Assembly: GCA_021838635.1 (NCBI GenBank)
Contig: JAKCDC010000007.1
Location: 35,968 to 99,967 of the forward strand
Length of the DNA: 64,000 bases
Direction: 5' to 3'
Source of the DNA: Pseudomonadota bacterium
Lineage (GTDB): Bacteria > Pseudomonadota > Gammaproteobacteria > Steroidobacterales > Steroidobacteraceae
The notes beneath the pieces were generated by a model. It was not told the origin of the DNA and made no database searches. It was given only the letters and a program-made list of their open reading frames with translations. Shown piece after piece: positions 28,191-36,499 of the stretch. The position numbers were made by a program, and so were the translations under genes. The stretch's first letter is position 1; every line of letters begins with the position of its first letter.

Positions 28191-28967
28191 TTAACGCAGG
28201 CCTTGCACGTATGAGGCCACCGCCTGCATCTGTGCGGGCCTCAGTCGCTTGGCAATCGTGTACATCATGATGCTGTTGGGGGTCGCCGTGGCCGGGTCCG
28301 GTCCGCTGTAGCGGGTGCCATTGGCATAGGCCTGCAGCTGTGCCAGAACGTAGGCGGACTGCTGGGCGCGCAGCGCCGGATATCCGGCCGCCGGATTACC
28401 CTGGCCGGTCGGCCCATGACAGGCCGTACAGGCCGGCACATTCCGCTTCGGATCCCCGGAGCGGTACAGTGCCTCGCCGGCCTTCCAGAGCGTCGGGTCG
28501 GCGGTCAGACCGCTCGGTGTCTGCGCGGCGAAATAGACCGCCAGATTGTCGATATCCTGGTCCGTCAGCCCCGCGGCCATGGCCGACATCATGGGGTTCT
28601 GGCGGATCCCGGCCCGGAACAGGTGCAGCTGTTCGACGATGTATACGGCGTTCTGCCCCGCAAGGCGCGGAAAGATCGGACTGACGCTGTTGCCGTTCGG
28701 GCCGTGGCAGGCGAAACACATGGTCGCCTTCGCCGCCCCCGCCTGCACTGAGCCGTCGGTGTACGGGTCCGGGGTCACGATTGTCGGGCCGCTCTGAACG
28801 GTCGCAGGTGCGGCAGTGGCAGGTGCGGCAGTGGCAGGTGCGGCAGTGGCAGGCGGAGGGGCTGCGGCGGGCTTCGGCGCGGCGGGCGGTACCGCCGCAC
28901 CGGCCAGGGTGGCCGCGGACATCATTACCAGGGTTGCGACGAACAGCAGCAGACGGTTTTTCGCCAT
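28191..28967 (-). CDS. cc4: Di-haem cytochrome c4
   Basis: Two CxxCH sites (CFACHGPNG and CTACHGPTG) and a signal peptide MAKNRLLLFVATLVMMSAATLAGA. Start moved to ATG (complement of 28965-28967). Confidence 0.85.
   Translation of the reverse strand: MAKNRLLLFVATLVMMSAATLAGAAVPPAAPKPAAAPPPATAAPATAAPATAAPATVQSGPTIVTPDPYTDGSVQAGAAKATMCFACHGPNGNSVSPIFPRLAGQNAVYIVEQLHLFRAGIRQNPMMSAMAAGLTDQDIDNLAVYFAAQTPSGLTADPTLWKAGEALYRSGDPKRNVPACTACHGPTGQGNPAAGYPALRAQQSAYVLAQLQAYANGTRYSGPDPATATPNSIMMYTIAKRLRPAQMQAVASYVQGLR
28804..28853. repeat. 15-bp perfect tandem repeat x3 plus a partial 4th copy, inside the cytochrome c4 gene
   Basis: gcaggtgcggcagtg repeated at 28804, 28819 and 28834, then gcagg. On the minus strand it encodes the (ATAAP)n linker ...PPPATAAPATAAPATAAPATV. 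Confidence 0.9.
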
Positions 28968-29028
28968 GGTTCGCTCTCTGCGGGATTCCGACCGATGACG
29001 CGAAAGGACGGGATTGTACACTAGGCGC

Positions 29029-29637
29029 ATGCTGCCATTTCCCCAAGCCCGTTTTCTGACCAGCGCAGCGGCGCCGGCTCAGTTTCCCGCCGACTACGGC
29101 GTTGAGGTCGCGTTCGCCGGCCGTTCCAATGCCGGCAAGTCGAGCGCGATCAACGCCATCGTGGCCCACCATGGTCTGGCACGCGCCAGCAAGACGCCGG
29201 GACGCACCCGGCTGATCAACTTCTTTGCCCTTTCGGGGCAGACGCGCCTGGTGGACCTGCCGGGTTACGGTTACGCCAGTGCCCCGGAGCACGAGCGGCG
29301 CACCTGGCCGGCGCTCATCGAGGCGCTGCGTCGCCGCGTGGCGCTGCGCGGGGTATTTCTCATCGTTGACGCCCGGCGCGGACTTGGCGCCGGTGACGAG
29401 GTGCTCATCGAGTGGGCCGCCGGGCGACGTGTGCACGTGCTGCTCTCAAAGTGCGACAAGCTCAGCCGCAACGAGGCGCGCCGGGCGCTGGCCACTGCGG
29501 CCGATGCGCTCGGCCCGCTGGCCACGGTGCAGCTGTTTTCCGCGCACACCGGCGATGGGGTTGAGCAGGCGCAGCGCACCCTCTCGGCCTGGTTGGAGGC
29601 ACGCGAGCCGGCTGAAGACGTGAAATCGGGGGGTTAA
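29029..29637 (+). CDS. engB: Ribosome-biogenesis GTPase EngB/YihA
   Basis: G1 motif GRSNAGKSS, G3 motif DLPGYGYA, and G4 motif SKCDKL. Divergent from cytochrome c4, as in pseudomonads. Confidence 0.9.
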   Translation: MLPFPQARFLTSAAAPAQFPADYGVEVAFAGRSNAGKSSAINAIVAHHGLARASKTPGRTRLINFFALSGQTRLVDLPGYGYASAPEHERRTWPALIEALRRRVALRGVFLIVDARRGLGAGDEVLIEWAAGRRVHVLLSKCDKLSRNEARRALATAADALGPLATVQLFSAHTGDGVEQAQRTLSAWLEAREPAEDVKSGG

Positions 29638-29640
29638 AAG

Positions 29641-29667
29641 ACCCCGATGGCCGCACTGGCCATCGGG
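29641..29667 (+). terminator. Hairpin just after engB (no U-tract)
   Basis: ccccgatggcc-gcact-ggccatcgggg, an 11-bp perfect stem. Confidence 0.4.
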
Positions 29668-29896
29668 GCAGACCAACCCGGCACAGGTCTCGTGTGAACC
29701 GGGTTTCACCCGCTCAGGGAGGGAAGCGGGGAGTGCCGAAGCACTCGATCAGTTGGAGTCGCTCCGTGACGCAAAGTTCCCTGGCCCAATGATCTTCCGT
29801 CGGCATCATGGCCACGCTCAAGCTTAGTCCTGAGGGTAAGCGCTTGGCCGTGCCCCGGCGCGCGTGGGAGATTGCGGCACGGAGGCTGTGAAACCC

Positions 29897-31139
29897 ATGC
29901 ACCTGCAGGACCCCCCACCTGCTGCGGAACCGCGCGTACGTCGGCGGCCGCTGGATCGGGGCCGACTCAGGCGCAGTGTGCGCGATCCGCAACCCCGCCA
30001 CGGGCTCAGCGCTCGGCACGGTCCCGGATCTGGCGGCCGCAGAGACGCGGCGCGCGATCGAGGTGGCGCATGCGGCATTCCCGGCCTGGGCGGCCCAACG
30101 CTTGATGGTGCTGCGTCAGCCGATGGGGGTTGCCGCAGCGATCACGCCGTGGAACTTCCCGGCCGCCATGATCGCGCGCAAGGCCGCCCCGGCGCTCGCC
30201 GCCGGCTGCACGTTCGTGTGCAAGCCGGCCCTGCAGACGCCACTCTCGGCGCTGGCGCTGGCTGAACTCACCGCGCGTGCCGCAATCCCCTCGGGGGTGT
30301 TCAACACGGTCACCGGAGCCGATGCGCGCGCCATTGGCGTGCAGCTTACAGGCCACCCGCAGGTGCGCAAGTTGAGCTTCACCGGCTCGACCGCGGTCGG
30401 TAAGCAGCTGATGGCGCAATGCGTCCCCACGGTGAAGAAGATCTCCCTCGAGCTTGGCGGCAACGCGCCGTTCATCGTGTTCGACGATGCGGATTTGGAT
30501 GCGGCGGTGCGCGGGGCGATCGTGAGCAAATACCGCAACTCGGGTCAGACTTGCGTGTGCGCCAACCGGCTGCTCGTGCAGGCGGGCGTGTACGAGGCGT
30601 TTGCCGTAAAGCTGGCCGCGGCGCTGCGCGTCGGCGATGGACTCGCCGGCCCGACCGATCAGGGGCCGCTGATCGATCAGCATGCATTGGAGAAGGTCGA
30701 GCGGCACCTCGCCGATGCAACCGCTCAGGGCGCGCGCATCGTCACCGGTGGGCGCTGCCATCGACTCGGGGGCACCTTCTTCCAGCCGACTGTGGTGACC
30801 GGCGTGACCGGCGGATCGCTGATGGCGCGTGAGGAAACCTTCGGCCCGGTCGCGCCGCTGTTTCGCTTCGAGACCGAACAAGAAGCGCTGCGCATGGCGA
30901 ATGACACCGAATTCGGACTCGCCGCCTACCGCTACACCCGCGATCTGCCGCGCGCGTGGCGCTGCGCCGAGGCGCTCGAATACGGCATGGTCGGGCTGAA
31001 CACTGGACTGATCTCCACGGCGGTTGCGCCATTCGGCGGCGTGAAGGAATCCGGCATCGGCCGCGAGGGCTCGCGCCATGGCCTCCTGGAGTACACCGAG
31101 CTGAAGTATCTGTGCGTTGCAATCGAGTCCCTCCCCTGA
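29897..31139 (+). pseudogene. gabD: Succinate-semialdehyde dehydrogenase gabD, decayed by a 5' frameshift plus an in-frame internal deletion of about 71 codons
   Basis: ATG 29897 (MHLQDP) is in frame +2. The ALDH body (LLRNRAYVGGRWIG...) is in frame 0 from 29919, and the shift falls in the C6 run 29911-29916. Across 30087-30110 the protein reads PAWAAQ|RLMVLRQPMGVAAAITPWNFP. E. coli GabD, as I recall it, has about 71 residues between PAWRAL and RLIVIKQPIGV. The rest, including the catalytic ELGGNAP and GQTCVCANR, is intact. Confidence 0.7.
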
Positions 31140-31154
31140 GCCGGGGGGCCTCGC

Positions 31155-33905
31155 TCAGTGCGCCTCGTCCCAGTTGGCGCCGGTCCCGATCTCCACACTG
31201 AGCGGTACGCGCAGACTTCCCGCGCCGTTCATGCAGCCGCGGACGGCCTCACGCACCGCCGCCAGGTGCGCCTGGGCCACTTCCAGCACCAGCTCATCAT
31301 GCACTTGCATGATCAGGCGTGCCTGCCCGCGGTGCTCGCCGCACCAGGCATCCACCGCGATCATCGCCCGCTTGATGATGTCCGCGGCGGTGCCCTGCAT
31401 CGGGGCGTTGATGGCGCTGCGCTCGGCGTACTGGCGGATCTGCGTGTTGCTGGAGCGGATGTCCGGCAGATACAGCCGCCGCCCGAACACCGTCTCGACG
31501 TATCCCTGTTCGCGCGCCTGGGTGCGCGTGTCGTCCATGAAGCGGCGGACCCCGGGATAACGCTCGAAGTAGCGCTCGACGTAGCGCTGCGCCGCGGTGC
31601 GCTCGATGCCGAGCTGGCGGGCCAGCCCAAAGGCCGACATGCCGTAGATCAGCCCGAAGTTAATGGTCTTGGCGAGGCGCCGCTGCTCGGGGGTGACCGC
31701 CTCGAGCGGCGTGGCGAACACTTCCGCGGCGGTCGCCTGATGCACATCACGATCGGCGTCGAATGCGCTGAGCAGTCCCTCGTCGCCCGAGAGGTGCGCC
31801 ATGATGCGCAGCTCGATCTGCGAGTAATCCGCCGCCAGCAGCACATGACCCTCCGGGGCGATGAAGGCCTGGCGGATCCGCCGCCCCTCGCGCGTGCGCA
31901 CCGGGATGTTCTGCAGGTTCGGATCGGTGGAGGAGAGCCGCCCGGTCTGGGCCACCGCCTGATGATACGAGGTGTGGATCCGGCCGGTTCTCGCGTTGAT
32001 CAGCTCCGGCAGCTTCTCGGTGTAGGTCGACTTCAGCTTCGCGAGCGCGCGGTACTCGAGCACGGTGCGCGGCAGCGGGTAATCGCCCGAGAGCTCCTCG
32101 AGCACGTCCTCGGCGGTCGAGGGCTGTCCCTTAGGCGTCTTGCGCACCACCGGGAGCTTCAGTTGCTCGAACAGAACCTGCTGCAGCTGCTTCGGGGAGT
32201 CGATATTGAACGGCGTGCCGGCCTCGGCGTGCGCCTGCTCAGTGAGCTCGCCGAGCCGGTGTGCAAGTTCGCCGCTCTGCGCCACGAGGCGGTCGCGGTC
32301 GATGAGCACGCCGGCGCGCTCCATGCGCAGTAGTACCGGCACGAGCGGCTGCTCGATATCCTCATAGAGACGCTTCAGCGCCGCGATGGCGGCGATCTTC
32401 GGCCACAGGCACTGGTGCAGCTGCAACGTGACGTCGGCGTCCTCCGCGGCGTATTCGGCGGCGCGCTCGAGCGGGACCTCGCTGAACGCAATCGCCTTGG
32501 CGCCTTTGCCGGCGACGTCTTCGTAGTGGATGGTTTCGATCCCCAGGTACTTGCGCGCCACGGAATCCATGTCGTGTCGGGTCGCGACGCTGTCCCACAC
32601 GTACGACTCGAGCATGCTGTCGTAGCGCATCCCGGCGAGTTCGATGCCGTGATTGGCCAGCACGTGGGCGTCGTATTTCAGGTGGTGGCCGAGTTTGGCG
32701 CAGTGCTCATCCTCGAGCAGCGGCCGCAGCGCCGCGAGCGTCTCCTCGCGAGGAAGTTGGGCGGGCGCACCCTCATAGGTGTGCGCAAGCGGGACATACG
32801 CCGCCTCGCCGGGCGCTACGCTGAAGGAGACGCCGACGATCCTGGCCTGCATATAGTCGAGGCTCGTGGTCTCGGTGTCGAAGGCGATGAGCGCAGCGGC
32901 GCGCAGCTTGTGCAGCCAGTGCTGCAAGTCGGCTTGGGTGAGAATGGTCTGGTAGTGGCGCTCGCGGGTGCTCTGCGGAAGCGGGGCGGCAGGCGTGTTC
33001 GTCTCCTGCGCCGCGGCGGCAGCGCTGCGACTCGGCGAGGCCTCTGCTTCGGGTCCGTCCAGCTGTCGCAGCAGGGCGCGCAGTTCGTAGTGCTCGTAGA
33101 GCTCGCGCAGCTGGGCGGTGTCGGCCGGGCCGGGCTCGAGCGCCTGCGGCCCGAGTGGCAGCGGCACGTCGGTGCGGATGGTAGCGAGTTTGCGCGACAG
33201 CTCGAGTGTCTCCAGCCCCGCGCGCAGGTTCTCCCCGACCTTGCCGCGCACCGCCTCGGCATGTCTCACCAGATTCTCCAGCGAGCCGTATTCCCCGAGC
33301 AGCTTCGCGGCGGTCTTCGGACCGACCTTCTCGATGCCCGGGATGTTATCCGAGCTGTCTCCGGCGAGCGCCAGGTAGTCGATGATCTGCTCGGGCGTGA
33401 CGCCGAATTTTGCCTTGACGCCCTCGCGGTCGAGTACGGTGTTGTTCATGGTGTTGATCAGCGTGATCGACTCATCGACCAGCTGTGCCATGTCTTTATC
33501 GCCGGTGGAGATCAGCACGCGCTCGCCGGCCTCGGCCGCGCGGCGCGCGAGCGTGCCAATGACGTCGTCGGCCTCGACTCCCTCGATCCGCAGCAGCGGC
33601 AATCCCTGCGCCTCGATGATCTTCAGCAGCGGTGCGATTTGGCCGCGCAGCTCCTGTGGCATAGCCGGGCGATGGGCCTTGTAGGCCTCGAACAGATCGT
33701 CCCGGAACGTTCTCCCGGGTGCATCGAACACCACCGCGAGCCGTCGCGGCGCATGTTCCTTGCGCAGCTTGGCGATCATGTTGAGCACCCCGAGCATCGC
33801 GCCGGTCGGGTCTCCGCGCGAAGTCGTAAGCGGCGGCAGGGCGTGAAACGCCCGATACAAATACGAAGAACCGTCGATGAGGGCAAGCTGAACGGATTCG
33901 GCCAT
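31155..33905 (-). CDS. polA: DNA polymerase I
   Basis: 916 aa. 5'-nuclease (LIDGSSYLYRAFHA), 3'-5' exonuclease (FDTETTSLD), and polymerase motifs (DYSQIELRIMAH, RRLAKTINFGLIYG, QVHDELV). Confidence 0.95.
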   Translation of the reverse strand: MAESVQLALIDGSSYLYRAFHALPPLTTSRGDPTGAMLGVLNMIAKLRKEHAPRRLAVVFDAPGRTFRDDLFEAYKAHRPAMPQELRGQIAPLLKIIEAQGLPLLRIEGVEADDVIGTLARRAAEAGERVLISTGDKDMAQLVDESITLINTMNNTVLDREGVKAKFGVTPEQIIDYLALAGDSSDNIPGIEKVGPKTAAKLLGEYGSLENLVRHAEAVRGKVGENLRAGLETLELSRKLATIRTDVPLPLGPQALEPGPADTAQLRELYEHYELRALLRQLDGPEAEASPSRSAAAAAQETNTPAAPLPQSTRERHYQTILTQADLQHWLHKLRAAALIAFDTETTSLDYMQARIVGVSFSVAPGEAAYVPLAHTYEGAPAQLPREETLAALRPLLEDEHCAKLGHHLKYDAHVLANHGIELAGMRYDSMLESYVWDSVATRHDMDSVARKYLGIETIHYEDVAGKGAKAIAFSEVPLERAAEYAAEDADVTLQLHQCLWPKIAAIAALKRLYEDIEQPLVPVLLRMERAGVLIDRDRLVAQSGELAHRLGELTEQAHAEAGTPFNIDSPKQLQQVLFEQLKLPVVRKTPKGQPSTAEDVLEELSGDYPLPRTVLEYRALAKLKSTYTEKLPELINARTGRIHTSYHQAVAQTGRLSSTDPNLQNIPVRTREGRRIRQAFIAPEGHVLLAADYSQIELRIMAHLSGDEGLLSAFDADRDVHQATAAEVFATPLEAVTPEQRRLAKTINFGLIYGMSAFGLARQLGIERTAAQRYVERYFERYPGVRRFMDDTRTQAREQGYVETVFGRRLYLPDIRSSNTQIRQYAERSAINAPMQGTAADIIKRAMIAVDAWCGEHRGQARLIMQVHDELVLEVAQAHLAAVREAVRGCMNGAGSLRVPLSVEIGTGANWDEAH

Positions 33906-34275
33906 GGTGACAAGTACTCGATAAGACGGGTCGCGCCACTCTCAAGGGCCTGACGGCTGTCAAGCCTCCAACGGCGGGCGCATCACGCCCAGTGTGAACT
34001 GCAGAGAATCGAGCGCGCAAGCCTCTAGCGTCAGATCCCCGCCACGGGTGCTCAGACCGCCCGCCGCCGGTGCACTCTGAGAAAAAACTCCCCCGCCTGC
34101 ATCCGGCGTGCAACTTCGCTCGTATCTGCAGAGCGAGGAGCGTGTGCGACGGTGCCGACAGCGGTCCAGCCGTGCGGCGCAGGGTGCTTTGTCGTGCATT
34201 GCTTCGAGGGGCGCGCGAACGCCCTCGCGTGAACGCTCCAAATCGATCCTGAATCACCGAACCGAGGGCAGGCGC

Positions 34276-35334
34276 ATGAAATCCATTCAAACCACGAAAC
34301 GATCGCCAACCGACCACAGCCTCTGTGAGGATCCGCGTGTACGGCGGCGCGTTTCGCTGCTGTACGCGGGCATCATTGCGGTGGCATTCGTCTGCAGCGC
34401 CAGCGCCCGAGCCGGCACCGGCATCCTGGATGCCGGTCGTCTGACGGCGACCGGTGCAGTCACCGCAGTGGATGGCTCGGCCGGCGGCGGGATCAACCCG
34501 TGGGCCGTGATTGCCGGCTATGGAACCAACAGGCAGATCGGCGGATCGACCTTTTATACTCATCTCACGCTGCCGAATTTTCAATTGAACGCCTACGGCG
34601 CGGCGATCGGATTGTTCGATCGGGTCGAGCTGTCCTACGCCCGGCAAGACTTCAGTCTGGGCAATACCGGGGCGCAACTTGACGGGGCGATCGCCGGTTT
34701 CTTCGGCGCGCCCGTATCAGGATTGCCGGCGCCGTTGCAGTTTGGTGCCAACGACACCTTAAGTCAGGACATCATTGGCTTGAAGGTCAGGCTGTTCGGC
34801 AACATTGTCTATGACCAGGGAACTCTGCTGCCGGAGGTGTCGGTGGGCGTTCACTATCATCAGAACAACAACACCGCGACCATCCGGGCGCTCGGCGCTC
34901 GGCCCAATGGCAGCACGTTCTATATTTCGGCGAGCAAGCTATATCTCGACGGGCTCTTTGGTCGTTATACGTTCGTCGATTTCAACTTGAATGTCACCGA
35001 CGCGAATCAAAACGGGCTGCTCGGATTCGGCGGGCTTGATCGCAACGGCGCGTTTAGCAATCGCTATCATCTGGAGCCCGCATTCTCCATCGCCCAGTTC
35101 ATCACACGAACCATGGCGGTGGGTTACGAATTCAGGGCGATGCCGCAAAATCAGCTCGTCGGCTATAACGCGCTCGGCGACGCCGTCAGTCGAACGAGTG
35201 ATTGGCAGGACATCTTTCTCGCGTATTTTCCCGCGAAATTCGTCTCAATCACTGCCGCTTACGCACGTCTTGGCGCGATTGCGTCCTTGCCCGGTCAGAA
35301 CGGGTTGTATCTCTCGCTGAACGCGAGCTTCTAG
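34276..35334 (+). CDS. Putative outer-membrane beta-barrel protein (uncharacterised family)
   Basis: Within ORF 34108-35334, ATG 34276 behind gagggcagg. Hydrophobic signal region ...LLYAGIIAVAFVCSASARAG, alternating beta-strand pattern rich in Y/N/G, and C-terminal LSLNASF (terminal Phe). GC is clearly lower than in neighbouring genes. Confidence 0.65.
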   Translation: MKSIQTTKRSPTDHSLCEDPRVRRRVSLLYAGIIAVAFVCSASARAGTGILDAGRLTATGAVTAVDGSAGGGINPWAVIAGYGTNRQIGGSTFYTHLTLPNFQLNAYGAAIGLFDRVELSYARQDFSLGNTGAQLDGAIAGFFGAPVSGLPAPLQFGANDTLSQDIIGLKVRLFGNIVYDQGTLLPEVSVGVHYHQNNNTATIRALGARPNGSTFYISASKLYLDGLFGRYTFVDFNLNVTDANQNGLLGFGGLDRNGAFSNRYHLEPAFSIAQFITRTMAVGYEFRAMPQNQLVGYNALGDAVSRTSDWQDIFLAYFPAKFVSITAAYARLGAIASLPGQNGLYLSLNASF

Positions 35335-35382
35335 TGCGCGGGCCGGTACTTGCCTTGCTCATTCCAATACGAGGTGCTGTTC

Positions 35383-35820
35383 ATGATCACGCGAAATTCT
35401 CAATTTCACCGCGCTTGGGTTCTCGGCGTGCTGTTGATGTTGCCGGCGGTTGCCGCTCAGGCCGCGGGCGCTGACTATTATGCGCAGTTCGGTGGCGCGG
35501 CCGGGATGCGCGCGCTCGTCAACGCATTCGTGAATCGAGTCGTAATCGATCCGCGCATCAGCGCCTATTTCCGTCGCACCAACATTCCGGCGCTGAAAGC
35601 GGCGCTTGCGCTGCAGTTCTGTCAACTGGAAGGCGGGAATTGCAAGTTCTCGATGAGCATGCACGCCGTGCATGCTCAACTCGGCGTCACCCAGGCGGCC
35701 TTCAACGCGCTCGCCAACGACCTGTACCTGACCATGGATCGCCGCGCGATTCCGATGGCGGCACAGAACAATCTGCTCGCAAAACTCGCCGCCATGGAGC
35801 CGCAGGTCGTGACGCGATGA
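35383..35820 (+). CDS. Group-1 truncated haemoglobin (trHbN-like) with a predicted Sec signal peptide
   Basis: ATG 35383 behind a gaggtg RBS. MITRNSQFHRAWVLGVLLMLPAVAAQAAG looks like a signal peptide. The 2-on-2 globin pattern follows: YAQFGG...NAFVNRVVIDPRISAYF...LEGG...MHAVHAQLGVT..AFNAL. Confidence 0.75.
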   Translation: MITRNSQFHRAWVLGVLLMLPAVAAQAAGADYYAQFGGAAGMRALVNAFVNRVVIDPRISAYFRRTNIPALKAALALQFCQLEGGNCKFSMSMHAVHAQLGVTQAAFNALANDLYLTMDRRAIPMAAQNNLLAKLAAMEPQVVTR

Positions 35821-35855
35821 GCGGCTGGCGAGGCTGGCGGCGAATTGGCTGACGA

Positions 35856-36053
35856 TCAGGGTGGTGGGCTGGGCGGTGCCTGGCCCACCGCTTTGCGCGG
35901 TCGGGTCTGGTGCCGGTCCGATGGCCCCGGGGCTGGCGCCGGACGCGTCACCACAGTGCCGCTGTGCGGTGGCAGATACAGCGGACCCTTGAAGCCGCAG
36001 GCGGCGCACCCGAGCAGTACGGCCGCCGCGGCGAGGATGGTGCGGATTCTCAT
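35856..36053 (-). CDS. lptM: Small lipoprotein, LptM/YifL-like (65 aa)
   Basis: Below the ORF-track size logic (embedded in the spurious 400-aa ORF). MRIRTILAAAAVLLGCAACGFKGPLYLPP... matches the YifL pattern LxGCG(L/F)KGPLY(F/L)PP, followed by a Pro-rich tail. Confidence 0.7.
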   Translation of the reverse strand: MRIRTILAAAAVLLGCAACGFKGPLYLPPHSGTVVTRPAPAPGPSDRHQTRPRKAVGQAPPSPPP

Positions 36054-36061
36054 CGCGCCGC

Positions 36062-36499
36062 TCACGGTGCCGAGGCGCGCCGTGGCACCACCGCCATCGT
36101 CAGTCGCGAGACACATACGAGCCGCGTGCGCGCATCGTGGATCTCGATGCTCCAGACCTGGCTGCGGTGGCCGATGTGAAACGGGCGCGCCGTGGCGGTG
36201 ATCCGGCCGCGGCTCACCGGGCGCAGGTGGTTGGCATTGAGTTCCTGACCGAGACACATGAAGCGCTCCGCATCCACGCACAAGTTCGCCGCGACGCTGC
36301 CGACGGTCTCGGCAAGCGCCGCCGACACGCCGCCGTGCAGCACCCCATAGGGCTGGTGGACCTCTGGGGTGACCTCGAGGGCGGCACACAGGTAATCGGC
36401 CCCGACATCCGTGAACAGGATACCGATGTGCGTGGCGAAACCGCCGCGCTCGATCCTCTGCAGTGACTCCGCGGTGAGAGCCGAGAACCATATGCTCAT
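36062..36499 (-). CDS. PaaI-family hotdog thioesterase
   Basis: MSIWFS... start at complement of 36497-36499. Typical core HQPYGVLHGGVSAALAETVGS. Confidence 0.8.
   Translation of the reverse strand: MSIWFSALTAESLQRIERGGFATHIGILFTDVGADYLCAALEVTPEVHQPYGVLHGGVSAALAETVGSVAANLCVDAERFMCLGQELNANHLRPVSRGRITATARPFHIGHRSQVWSIEIHDARTRLVCVSRLTMAVVPRRASAP

Noticed and set aside
28781-28860. Short regularly spaced repeats that could be taken for a CRISPR or minisatellite locus.
   Set aside because: The units are 15 bp and directly abutting with no spacers. They lie inside and in frame with the cytochrome c4 CDS, and no cas genes are present.
29911-29916. The C6 run in gabD as a programmed frameshift or phase-variation switch.
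   Set aside because: There is no slippery heptamer or stimulatory structure context. The gene also carries an independent large in-frame deletion, so simple decay or a homopolymer sequencing error is more parsimonious.
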